The position numbers and the translations under genes are program-made. The notes under the pieces were generated by a model. That model did not search any database. It was not told where the DNA came from and worked only from the letters and a program-made list of their open reading frames with translations. From Malacoraja senta (lineage: Eukaryota): a DNA stretch of 64,000 nt. The stretch is taken from the NCBI GenBank assembly GCA_038087875.1, contig JAXLNO010000655.1, positions 186,001-250,000 of the forward strand, given 5' to 3'. This document shows, piece by piece, positions 38,729 to 49,349 of this stretch; within the stretch, counting starts at the first letter, position 1, and each line of letters opens with the position of its first letter.

Positions 38729-39642
38729 GTTCCTAGCGGGTGCTGACATAACAAAAGAAGAATCGAGAATGTTTAATTGTCGTATGTACCAGCAATGGAA
38801 CAATGAAATTCTTACATGCTGCAACTTTACAGGCCCATTAATGATAATATCACACAGATAAACATACAACAATCAGTAATAAGATAAAAATAACAATAAG
38901 TAATGTAGAACCACGGAACTGCAGATGCTGGTTTACACAAAAGCACATAAATCGCCGGAGTAACTTAGCGGGTTAGGCAACACCTCTGGAGAACCATCCC
39001 AGACTATCCTGTCTCTCCATATAACTCACCCCAGTCATTCCCCCGTCTTCCTTCTCCTTTTTGCAGAAGATACAAAAAATTGAAAGCACATTCTACCAGA
39101 TACAGGAACAGCTTCTTTCCCTCCTGTTACTGAATGGTCAATGGTCAATAGTTCAACGGTTCTTTATTGTCACTTGTACCTAGTTATAGTGAAATTCGTT
39201 TTTTTGCATATAGTTTAATAAGGATATTACTATATGTAAGCACAATTATACTTAAATAGAAGTATATAGGAACAGTACACTGAGACAGTATACAAGAGTA
39301 TACAGTTTGAGTCTTGTTTTGATGCCGTTTTTCAATATTCAAGTCTAAAGTTGTTGTCAATGTAGTCCTCCCACAGGTAGGGTGCAGTCCTGATCTTCCA
39401 ACCTACCTCATTGTAACTGTAATGCTGCAATGCTGTAAAACTATATTCTGCACGCTGGTATTTTTCTCTTTGCACTTGCACAGCCCGATTTTATTCATGT
39501 ATGGTGTGATTTTGCTGGACAACATGCAAACAAAAGCTCTTCACTATGTCGATACACCTGACAATAATAACAATCTAAACCAAACATATCTTATAGATAC
39601 ACACACGGAAGCACAGGGAATAGAGGGATATGGATCATGTAC

Positions 39643-39696
39643 GGGATGGAAGATTGCAACCTTCACGTGGTCCGCCCTGTTTCGACGAATGCAATC
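39643..39696 (+). ncRNA. Minimal HDV/CPEB3-like self-cleaving ribozyme motif
   Basis: P1 GGGATGG/CCGCCCT, P2 GATTGCA/TGCAATC, P3 ACC/GGT, L3 TTCACGT, J1/4 GT, vestigial P4 TTCGA, J4/2 CGAA. Activity is not demonstrated. Confidence 0.85.
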
Positions 39697-39785
39697 AACT
39701 CGACGTGCACAAACGGAAGATCAAATAGAACAAGTTGTCCAACAACTTTAGGCTGTGCACGCCACACGAAAGAAGAAGAAGAAGT
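39643..39785 (+). mobile_element. 143-bp non-autonomous Vingi/Ingi-type retroposon (ribozyme head plus Vingi tail)
   Basis: The 3' end acaactttaggctgtgcacgcca.acg.aagaagaag is shared with the Vingi LINE at 2887-2923. 8-bp TSD tcatgtac at 39635-39642 and 39786-39793. Confidence 0.9.
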
Positions 39786-39909
39786 TCATGTACATGCAGG
39801 TAGATCAATTTAACTTGCCATTGTGTTCGGCACAAATGTTGTGGGCCGAAGGGCTTGTTCTTGCGCTGTACTGTTCTATGTTCCATGTTCTATGATCTTA
39901 ACCAAAGAA

Positions 39910-40622
39910 GTTCAAGTTCATGTTCACATTTATTGTCACGTACACTAATTAAGGTACAGTGATATTTGAGTTACCATGCAGCCATACAAGTAAAGAGAAC
40001 GCCATACACAATAAATTTAACATAAACATCCACCACAGTGGAATCAACATTCCTCACTGAGATGGAAGGCAATAAAGTTCAGTCATCTTCCACTTTGTTC
40101 ACCCATGGTGGTCGGGGCCTTTGAACCCTCTGCTGTTCAAACCCTCTCGTTCGGATGATCGAAACTCCGGCGTCGGAACGGATTGGAACACTCTGCGGCA
40201 TGGAGCTCCCGAGTCAGCCGCTTCTTACCGGCGACCACAGCTTCATGGTGTTAAAGTCCACAGGCCACGCTGTCGGAGCTCTTCCACAGCGATCCTCGGC
40301 AAAGGATCGCCCGCTCCGCGATGGTAAGCCAACGCTGTGCTTGCGGCTTGAAGCTCCGGGCCGGTCTCCAAGAAAAGCCGCACCAATCCAAGTTGTTAGG
40401 CCGCAGGGGGGGAAGGATAAAGATCACATCTCCGTCGAGGTAGATGACTGAAAACAGTTTCCCCCTATTCCCCCCACCACCCCCCCCCCCCCAGCAGCAC
40501 CCCCCACATAAACCATACCGAGAAACATTTAAACATACAATTTATACACACTAAAAATAACAAAAAAAAGCAAAATAACACAGGCTGCTGCCGAGGCTGC
40601 CATCACGGAGCCACCCAGTGCC
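39910..40622 (-). mobile_element. GC-rich non-coding retroposon with a Rex-type tail
   Basis: Tail (aacatccaccacagtg..cctcactgagatggaaggcaa) is shared with 63310-63770 and 62665-62830; body is GC-rich. Confidence 0.55.
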
Positions 40623-41205
40623 ATTGTACTTGGGAGTACTGTGTGCAGTTCTGGTTGCCAAGCTGTGGGAAAGATGTCATTAAGCTGCAAAAGGTACGGA
40701 AGAGATCACAAGGATGTTACCAAGACTGGGAAGCTTGAGTTAAGATATCCTGGAGAGGCTGGGACCGTTTTCCCTGGAGCATAGGAGGGTCAAGGCCGAC
40801 TATATATAAAATCATGAGGGGTGCAGGTAAGGTGGAAGGTCACAGTCTTTTTCCCAGCATAGGGGAGTCTAAAACTAGGGTGCATAGGTTTAAGGTGAGA
40901 GGGGAAAGATTGAAAGGGAATCTGAGGGGCAACTTTTTCACTTAGAGGTTGGTGGGTTTGATGGAGTGAACTGCCGGATGAAGTGGTAGAGGCAGATACA
41001 ATTGCAACTTTTAAAGTAAATGAGACATTTACTGTCTCATTTTTCTCCGTTTCTAAGACATTTAGACTAGAACATGGACAAGAAACATTTCGAAGAATAG
41101 GGACCATATACAGGCAAAAGGGATGAGCTTAGACCACAGGGGTCAGTCTGAACAAGTTGGGCCGAAGGGCCTGATTCCATGCTGTATAACTCTATGATTC
41201 TATGA
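40622..41205 (+). mobile_element. Degenerate CR1 3' fragment
   Basis: gagtactgtgtgcagttctgg through the CR1 tail. Confidence 0.8.
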
Positions 41206-41432
41206 CTTGCTGAGTTCCTCCAGCACTATGCTTTTTGCTCAAGGGTCCAGCACTCTTAGAACCAACCCTTGATCCTACTCCATATTTTAATCCGATCCCT
41301 TGCCTGCACTCCACACTCCCCCATCAACCCAGGTACCTAGGTTATCTGAATCTACAGTCTTCAAAATACTTGTTGACTGACCCACGGAGGCAGAGGATTT
41401 ATGACATTCCGATAGGAAAAAAAGCCATATAA

Positions 41433-42240
41433 TACATAGATACATAGATACATAGAAAATAGGTGCAGGATTAGGCCATTCGGCCCTTCGAGCCTGCACC
41501 GCCATTCAATATGATCATGGCTGATTATCCAACTCAGTATCCCGTACCTGCCTTCTCTCCATACCCCCTGATCCCTTTAGCCACAAGGGCCACATCTAAC
41601 TCCCTCTTAAATATAGCCAATGAACTGGCCTCAACTACCCTCTGTGGCAGAGAGTTCCAGAGATTCACCACTCTCTGTGTGAAAACGTTTTTCCTCATCT
41701 CGGTCTTAAAGGATTTCCCCCTTATCCTTAAGCTGTGACCCCTTGTCCTGGACTTCCCCAACATCGGGAACAATCTTCCTGCATCTAGCCTGTCCAACCC
41801 CATAAGAATTTTGTGCGTTTCTATAAGATCCCCTCTCAATCTCCTAATTTCTAGCGAGTATAAGCCAAGTCTATCCAGTCTTTCTTCATATGAAAGTCCT
41901 GACATCCCAGGAATCAGTCTGGTGAACCTTCTCTGCACTCCCTCTATGGCTATAATGTCCTTCCTCAGATTTGGAGACCAAAACTGTATGCAATACTCCA
42001 GGTGTGGTCTCACCAAGACCCTGTACAACTGCAGTAGAACCTCCCTGCTCCTATACTCAAATCCTCTTGCTATGAAGGCCAACATACCATTCGCTTTCTT
42101 CACTGCCTGCTGCACCTGCATGCCTACTTTCAATGACTGGTGTACCATGACACCCAGGTCTCGCTGCATCTCCCCATTTCCTAATCGGCCACCATTTAGA
42201 TAATAGTCTGCCTTCCCATTTTTGCCACCAAAGTGGATAA
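41433..42240 (-). mobile_element. Young 5'-truncated CR1 (HER1-like) LINE with an open ORF2 C-terminal frame
   Basis: 'IHFGGKNGKADYYLNG...QRDLGVMVHQSLKV...LYRVLVRPHLEYCIQFWSP...RRLRGDLIETHKIL...FTQRVVNLWNSLP', with a (tatctatg)n tail. Confidence 0.95.
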
Positions 42241-44114
42241 TATAGAGCAAAACCTCCCGATCCCTCGGGAAAACGTAAATGGTTAAAACTGCTGAAAGCT
42301 CGTAAAGCAGGTGTTTAAGAGACCTGGCTTTATACAAGGATGCAAGGTTTCACACAACGTAACTGAGGCGTGAGGAGGCAGCAGGCTAAGTTGGAGTGGC
42401 TCATTTACAATTGACATCCGCGCAAGTGAAATCATGTTAAATGCTCAATTAAAATTTACCAAAAAAAATCACATAAGGAGCTTAACAAACCCAACAATTA
42501 AAACAAGGAGGGATTTGTACACTATAGATTCATACAACCATAGTGTTGCACTGCATGGAAACAGGCCCTTTGGCCCAACTCGTCCATGCTGACCAAGATG
42601 TCACACTAAGTTAGCCAGCATTTGACCCATATCCCTCTCTACCTTTCCTATACATGACCCTGTCCAAGTGCATTTTAATCGCTGTTTACCTGGCTCAACT
42701 ACCTATTCTGGCACCATCCTCTCAGGGTGATCAAAGCTGAACACAATACCCCCAAGTGCAACATCACCAGTGTCTAACACTACTGTAACATAACATCCCA
42801 ATTCCTCGACAGATAAAGGTCAATGTACTAAAAGCCTTCACCATGCTATCTACCTGTGACATTACTTTCAGGAAACGATGTGCTTGTACTCATAGATACC
42901 TCTGTGCTACAGCACCCCTTCATGGTCCCATCATTCACTGTGAAGGTCCTGCCTCGGTTCATCTTCCCAAAATGCAAAAGCTCACACTTATCTGAATTAT
43001 ACTTCATTGATCATTGCCTGGCCCTTTGGCTCAGTTGATGAAGATCCTGCTGTAAGCCATGATAACCATCTTCACCATCTATGATACCACCTACTTTAGT
43101 GTCACCTGCTCACTTACTAATCTGAAGAAGGGTCTCAACCCGAATCGTCACCCGTTCCTTCCATCCAGAGATGCTGCAGGTCCCGCTGAGTTACTCCAGC
43201 ATTTTTTGTCTCTATTACTTGGACATTCCCATCCAAATCGTTGAGATAAGCCACAAACAGCAACAAGCCCGGCGCTAATCACTGAAGCACACCACTGATC
43301 ACAGGCCTCCTATCTGAATAAACAAACTTCCACCACCACCTTCTGCCTTCTTCCATGAATTATTGGCTTGAGCAAAAGCAGTTGGTTTATAGAGAAAGTC
43401 ATTGATAATCCGTCAATTGAGGCAATCTGCTACCTCAGCACTATACTGAGTGGGAGTGAAATCAGTGATTGGGCACCACCAGGCTTGGCTGGAGTTCATT
43501 GCACGAACACAATGAAAACCAAGTCTTTGAAAGTTGATATAAACCTGCCATCTTTAGACTTTATACATACAGCGCAGAAAGAGGCCCTTCGGCCCACTGA
43601 GTCCGTGTCGACCAGCGATCACCCTGTTCACCAGCACTATCCCATACACGAGAGACAATTTAGATTTTTTACAGAAGCCAATTAACATACAAACCTGTAC
43701 GTCTTTTGGATCTCATAAGCTAAAGGTGTAATCCTGATCTCCCAATGTACCTCTTTGCAGCTGTTGGACTTTTTATAATCGGCATTTTCTGCACTTTCTC
43801 CGTAGTTATAACATGATAACACTATGTTCTGCACTCTTGTATTTTTCTCTCTGTATTACCTGTATCTCTTTGTATGACTTGAATATACTTTTGTATCGTA
43901 TGATTTGACTGGATAGCAAGCAAACAAAGCTTTCATTGTACCTCGGTAGACGTCAGAATGATAAATCCACAACGAATACCAACCTCATTTTTGTCGCAAT
44001 CTACAGTAGTCGCTTTTGATTCAGACCACACTGGTCCGATCAACAGAACACGGAGGGATAGCAGCTTATCTATTATCTGGAGATAGACATAATAATAACA
44101 TAGAACAGTACAGT

Positions 44115-44328
44115 GTGTAGGAAAGAACTGCAGATGCCGGTTTAAATTGAAGATAGAAACAAAATGCTTGAGTAACTCAGCGGGACAGGCAGCATCTCTG
44201 GAGAGAAGGAATGGGCGACGTTTCTTTAGTCTGAAGAACGGTCTCGACCCCAAACATCACCCATTCCTTCTCTCCAGAGATGCTGCCCATCCCGCTGAGT
44301 TACTCCAGCATTTTGTGTCTATCTTCGA
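44115..44328. mobile_element. Palindromic Penelope-like terminal repeat pair
   Basis: gaagatagaaacaaaatgct...ctgaagaacggtctcgaccccaaacatcaccc...gcattttgtgtctatcttc. Confidence 0.8.
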
Positions 44329-44602
44329 TATAGTGCAGTATAGCACAGGGACAGGCCCTTCGGCCCACAATCTGATGCCAAGTTAAACCAGATTCCTCCA
44401 CCTGCACATGATCTCCATATCTGTCCATTCTCTGCATATCCATCTATAAGCCTCCTCAATGCCCCTATTGTATAGTGACTCCTCCGTCACCACAACCTCT
44501 GGCAGTGCACATCTGGGCCTGTCGTTAGTGGTGTGCCTCAGGGCTTACGGTTTTACCTGTGCAAAAAAACAAACTTGTCTAGTTTAGTTTAGTTTAGAGA
44601 TC

Positions 44603-45135
44603 TGACACGGAAAGGATTGACAGATTGATAGCTCTTTCCCGATTCTGTGGGTGGTGGTGCATGGCCGTTCTTAGTTGGTGGAGCCATTTGTCTGGTTAAT
44701 TCCGATAATGAACGAGACTCCCACTGCTAAATAGTTCTGCATGGATTGTCACCTTGTCGTGGTGGAGAAGCTTGTGTGGTCCTGAGTTCCTGAGAGCGAT
44801 GCCGTCTGGAGCTATGCTCCTACTAGGGTCACCCATGGCAGTAAGGTCGAGGGGGAGGTCTCTGACAAAGAGCAACCCAACCAAGACCTCAACGGTGGAA
44901 CATGCGGAGGATGATGGCTGACTTTAGTGGAGCGTCACAACAGCTGGGAAGGCGGATGAAGGCTGCAGCAGAAAAGGGTCCCTGGTCGTCTTGGACTCCA
45001 TGCCACTGGATTCTGACCTAGATCTGTCGAGGACTGTGGGGTGGCTGTCTGTGCACCAGTCTCCCCACATTAAACAAAGTCACGCACAGATGTCCTCCAT
45101 GAGAGGGCAGTCATACACGTTTCGAGTGACCGATG
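44603..45135 (+). mobile_element. Chimeric retroposon: 18S rRNA fragment plus RTE-derived non-coding body
   Basis: 12-bp TSD agtttagagatc at 44591-44602 and 45136-45147. 44737 onward resembles RTE/BovB-type 5' UTRs (ggattgtcaccttgtcgtggtggagaagcttg...gagctatgc...agggtcacccatgg). Confidence 0.8.
44604..44736 (+). pseudogene. 18S rRNA fragment (about 133 bp), non-functional retrocopy
   Basis: gacacggaaaggattgacagattgatagctctttc.cgattctgtgggtggtggtgcatggccgttcttagttggtggagc.atttgtctggttaattccgataa.gaacgagactc matches the conserved eukaryotic 18S rRNA segment. Confidence 0.95.
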
Positions 45136-45147
45136 AGTTTAGAGATC

Positions 45148-45420
45148 ACCACTGAGTCCGCGCTGACCTGCGATCCCCGCACATTAACACTATCCTACAC
45201 ACATTAGGGACAATTTACACATACACCAAGCCAATTAACCTACAAAGCTGTACGTCTTTGGAGTGTGGGAGGAAACTGAAGATCTCAGTGGAAACCTAGT
45301 GGTCACAGGGAGAACGTACAAACTCCATACAGACAGCACCCATATTTGGGATCAAACCCGGGTCTCCGGCGCTGCAAGCGCTGTAAGGCAGCAAATCTGC
45401 CGCTGCGCCACCGTGCCGCC
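45148..45420 (-). mobile_element. HE1-type SINE (its tail at 44578-44602 hosts the chimeric insertion)
   Basis: Reverse-complement tRNA head at 45350-45420 plus V-domain. Confidence 0.88.
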
Positions 45421-46622
45421 CAAAATTGTCCCACACATTTTCTCAAAATCTTTCCCCTCCCTCTGGCCTTTGACATTTCCACCATGGGAAACATTGTCTG
45501 TCCATTCCCTCCACAGCTGCTGCCTGGCCCGTTTTGAGGTCCTCCAGCATGTTGCGTTTCTTTACCTGTGATGTTTTGTTACTGTAAAGGCACGTTATAA
45601 ATGCTCGTGGCATTTCTATTTCAGGAGCAATGTGGATTAACTTTGTTCTTGAAATTCTGCATGGATTAATGCAGAATTTCAAAATTAAATGTAAGCCATT
45701 TTGTTCATGTAGCTAGATCGGTGGAGTGTACAGCCAGAGATATTCTTGATGTGGAACCCCACTGGTAATGGTCTCCAGTCACATCACCATCATGAGAGGA
45801 TTAGATTGGGGAAACGCACAGAGCCTTTTAGCCAGAGTTGGGGAATCAAGAACCAGAGGATAAAGGTTTTTTTTGTTGTTTTAAAAAAAAAAAAATTTAA
45901 AATGTTTTTAATTTTTTTTTTTAATTAATTAGAAGTACATTACATTACAACCGCATACATTAGTACTCGTCATTTATATCATCTTACAATTAATGTACTC
46001 CATTTATTTTTTACACTAGAAAAGGAAAAGATTGAAAGAAAGAAGAAAGTGAAGGAAAAAGTGAAAGTGTAGAAAATGTGACAACAAAAAAGGACGAAGA
46101 CCCTATAAGAGCAAAATTAAAAACAAAAGAAAAAGAGTTAAGAAATAGGCCCTAGAAAAGAAAGAGAAAGAGAAAGAGGAAAAAGAGAGAAACAAATATT
46201 TTTATGAGCATTACGTAAATGGGACTGTTGGTTGAAGGGGTTAACGAGACGTGCTCCTAGGCCTAAGCCAGGTGCTCATTTCTCATCCCCTCCTCCCACT
46301 TATAGATAAGGTTTCAATTTATTAAAAATTCATATTGGTATGTTAGCTCGTTATTTTTTATTTTTGTTTTTGTTAGTATTCTAATCTAACATGCATAACT
46401 TATTAAGTTGTTAATAGGATAAGTTCTTACAATTGGTTATAATATTATAATCTAATAAGCAAGTATATGCTTTCTGGTATATACCCTTCCCATCTGTTCA
46501 GCTGTTTACTCGTTTTGAACAGAAAGTGTCCTTGATTCAACATTCCAAAGATAACAGTCTAACTATCCCCAGACAAAGCATTGCTTAGAATGGTTCAGAT
46601 CTGCCAAACCTCCCTTTCATTT

Positions 46623-47615
46623 CTATTTTTCAACGATAGTTTGGGCATATTGAAACGCATCTTCAGGCTTAACAAATGACTTTTCAAGACCCTTAAAGGA
46701 AATACGCATTTTCGCGGGATAAAAAATCCCATATCTGATCCCTTCTCTCCCTCTTAAAAGATCCTTAACCTTCTCGAATTTGTTTCTTTTTTGCACAATT
46801 TCATACGGGTAGTCCCTGAATATCTTAATAGTGTCATTGTCCAGCAGCAGTTGCACACCGTATTTGATTTTGCTCATAATATCTTCCAGTTCTAAAATAT
46901 CCCGAAATTTCACAATAATATGTCGTGGATACATTTTTCCCGCACCAGACCTTTGTTTAAATCTTGGGACACGATGAGCCACTTCGATTTTCGGTTCTTT
47001 GGAAAGATTCAGCAGTTGTTTAAACAAGCCCATGGCAAACTCACGTACATCCTCCCCTTCGGGTCCCTCTGAAACTCCAAGAATTCTCAAATTCTGGCGT
47101 CTAGAGCGAGCTTCCAGGTCCAGGCATTTGACTGAGACTTTCTCCAATTGAGTCACCATCTGTAGTGAAGTTTGTTCATTTTCTCGCCTCATTTGCTCAT
47201 GTTCTTGCCTCATTTTCGCCATGTCTTCAACCACTCGAGCCGTGTTTTTCTCCAATTCCGTAATTGTGCGCATACTTGCAGCTACTGTTTCAAGCACAGC
47301 CGTGAACTTGTCCGTAGTAGTTACATCCATCTTGTCCATTCTCTCTGATAGTCCATCTTTCACCTCATCAATTCGTTTATTCATAATGTCCAGTGAATCA
47401 ATCATATTCTTCTGATTACCAGCATTTAAATCCCTCATCATCTTCTCCATTCCTTCCATCATTTTTGCCATATGTTCCTTCATTTCCTTCTTATCTTCCT
47501 TCATATTTTCCTTCATATTTTCCATCATAATTTTATTTTCGTCCAAAATCTCATCTTTCATATTTTTCACTGATTTCTTCCAGTCATCAAACTCTTTCTT
47601 AGATCTTGTATCCAT
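46623..47615 (-). CDS. L1 ORF1p (coiled coil, RRM, CTD; Transposase_22-like), 330 aa from the first ATG
   Basis: Uninterrupted ORF. N-terminal heptad-rich region; RRM with 'DLEARSRRQNLRILGVSEG', 'IEVAHRV' and 'PRHIIVKF'; CTD with 'IKIFRDYPYEIVQKR..F..VK..L...YGIFYPAKMRI'. Confidence 0.93.
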   Translation of the reverse strand: MDTRSKKEFDDWKKSVKNMKDEILDENKIMMENMKENMKEDKKEMKEHMAKMMEGMEKMMRDLNAGNQKNMIDSLDIMNKRIDEVKDGLSERMDKMDVTTTDKFTAVLETVAASMRTITELEKNTARVVEDMAKMRQEHEQMRRENEQTSLQMVTQLEKVSVKCLDLEARSRRQNLRILGVSEGPEGEDVREFAMGLFKQLLNLSKEPKIEVAHRVPRFKQRSGAGKMYPRHIIVKFRDILELEDIMSKIKYGVQLLLDNDTIKIFRDYPYEIVQKRNKFEKVKDLLRGREGIRYGIFYPAKMRISFKGLEKSFVKPEDAFQYAQTIVEK

Positions 47616-47905
47616 TTCTGCAGCCACTTCAGAGACTTCAGAGACTTCAGAGGTAACCTGCTTCAGGCTTCTTCTGGTCTCTCAGCAGCTTTTTCACTGT
47701 TCTCTGAGGGCTCACAGCTGGAGGCAGGTTACTCATTTAAAGGGCTTCAAACCACCGTTTAAAACATTGCGCTTAATGATGATGTCATCAGCGCGGCGAC
47801 CAGAAGCTCCGGTAAGGTTTTTAAAAACAGTCCCGATTTCTGGACCCGTTTTACACGATAAATCGTGAAATTTTTCGGGAGAGGAGCTAGGTGCACGTCT
47901 GTTAG

Positions 47906-47932
47906 TCCAACATGGCGCCACCGGAAGTCGTC
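47906..47932 (-). promoter_or_regulatory. L1 internal promoter start with ETS-like (CCGGAAGT) and YY1-like (CGCCATGTT) motifs
   Basis: The plus strand reads aacatggcgccaccggaagtc at the extreme 5' end of the L1. Confidence 0.6.
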
Positions 47933-48867
47933 AGGATAAAGGTTTAAGGTGACAGTGGAAAGATTCAATAAGAACTTGAGGGGCAACTTTTTGTACATGA
48001 AGCGTTGTAGGTATATGGAACGGTCTGCTGGGGGAGGTAGTTGAGGCAGGTACTATCAAAACGTTTTAAGAAACATTTGGATAAATACATGGATAGGAAC
48101 AGTTTGGAGGGATAAGAGCAATATGCAGGCAAGTGGGACTAGTGTGGATGGGGCAAGTTGGTCGGCATGGGCAAGTTGGGCCAAAGGGGCAGTTTCCACA
48201 CTCCATGACTCTATTTCCATGCCGTGAGCAACGAATGCAAGGTTATGGTGTGGGTGGGATGTAGTATTGTTACTTTATTCTGTTGTAATCGCATTCACTT
48301 TGAAGCAAGTGCATATTTCCCTTTTAAAGATGCAGTGCGCGTGCGTGAAAGATAGAATCAAAACAAACAATGGCACTTTATGAAGAGTGATGTGGGAATG
48401 TGGAGCCTGGATGGGCTGAATGGCCTGGTTCAGTGTTATTAGATGGCAATTAGCAAGTGTAGTTCTGTCATGGCCTCGGGCAGGTTCCCTGAGATTAAGA
48501 AGATCATGGTGTTTGCCAGTGCAGTTGCACATGGGACAAGTGGGCATGCATTGAAGCGTGCAGCTGGGATTAAAGGTTGTGAGGAAGCATATGGTCAGGT
48601 TTGATATAATACTTTATAGGTTACTGTACAGCTGTCGTCCAGGATAATTATTAACTAAGCCTGAGTAATGCAAATAAAACAATGATTACTTTTGCTCTGA
48701 GACTTTTTTAAATTCAAGAAATGGACATCACAGACATGTTACTGTCTATATTTAGCAGTGCATGAGAAGATGATGAGCGATATTCTGACTAAACTGTAGT
48801 CCATGGGATGTTTGATCTGTAAATCACAGAGTTCATGAGTCAACAGTCAAGAGTTTTTTTTTAAAGA

Positions 48868-49145
48868 GATAGAGCATGGAAACAGGCCCTTCGGCCCACC
48901 GAGTCCATGCCGACCATCGATCACCCGTTCACACTTGTTCTATGTTACCCCACTTTTGCATCTTTGTCCTTCAGACTAAGGAAATGTAAAGAGGCCATGT
49001 AACTGAGAAATGTGCATGGGTTTGGGATGTGGGTGGAAACCGAAGCCCGTGCAGTCACTGGGAGATCGTGCAAACTTCACACAGACAGGATTGAACCCAG
49101 GTTTCTGGCGCTGTGAGGCAGCAGCTCTACCAGCTGTACTACTGT
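48868..49145 (-). mobile_element. HE1-type SINE (diverged)
   Basis: Reverse-complement tail, body and head. Confidence 0.8.
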
Positions 49146-49349
49146 GTTTAATTTGGTGTTTTGTACCGGTAACAGAATAATGAAATTCTTACTTGTTGCA
49201 TTTTAAACAGGCCAATAAATGTAATTACACATTAATTGTAATTTAACGTCATTTTATATAGTATTTAAGAATATAATAAATTAATAATTATATTATTAGG
49301 CAACCATTATAATGCAAACTGATCTCTGTAGTGCAAGCCAAGACACAGT

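Larger units (their letters stand above)
45870..47932 (-). mobile_element. Full-length ORF1-only L1 element (HAL1-like)
   Basis: The 5' end is gacgacttccggtggcgccatgtt, followed by ORF1, a spacer, a 3' UTR near-identical to the L1 at 15386-15670, and an A-rich tail. 13-bp TSD aggataaaggttt at 45857-45869 and 47933-47945, inside a CR1 fragment. Confidence 0.92.

Noticed and set aside
41534..42337. 267-aa ORF as a host gene
   Set aside because: Truncated CR1 ORF2; the N-terminal ~30 aa come from flanking DNA.
44604..44736. Functional 18S rRNA gene
   Set aside because: Only about 133 bp, mutated, and embedded in a TSD-flanked retroposon with no rDNA context.
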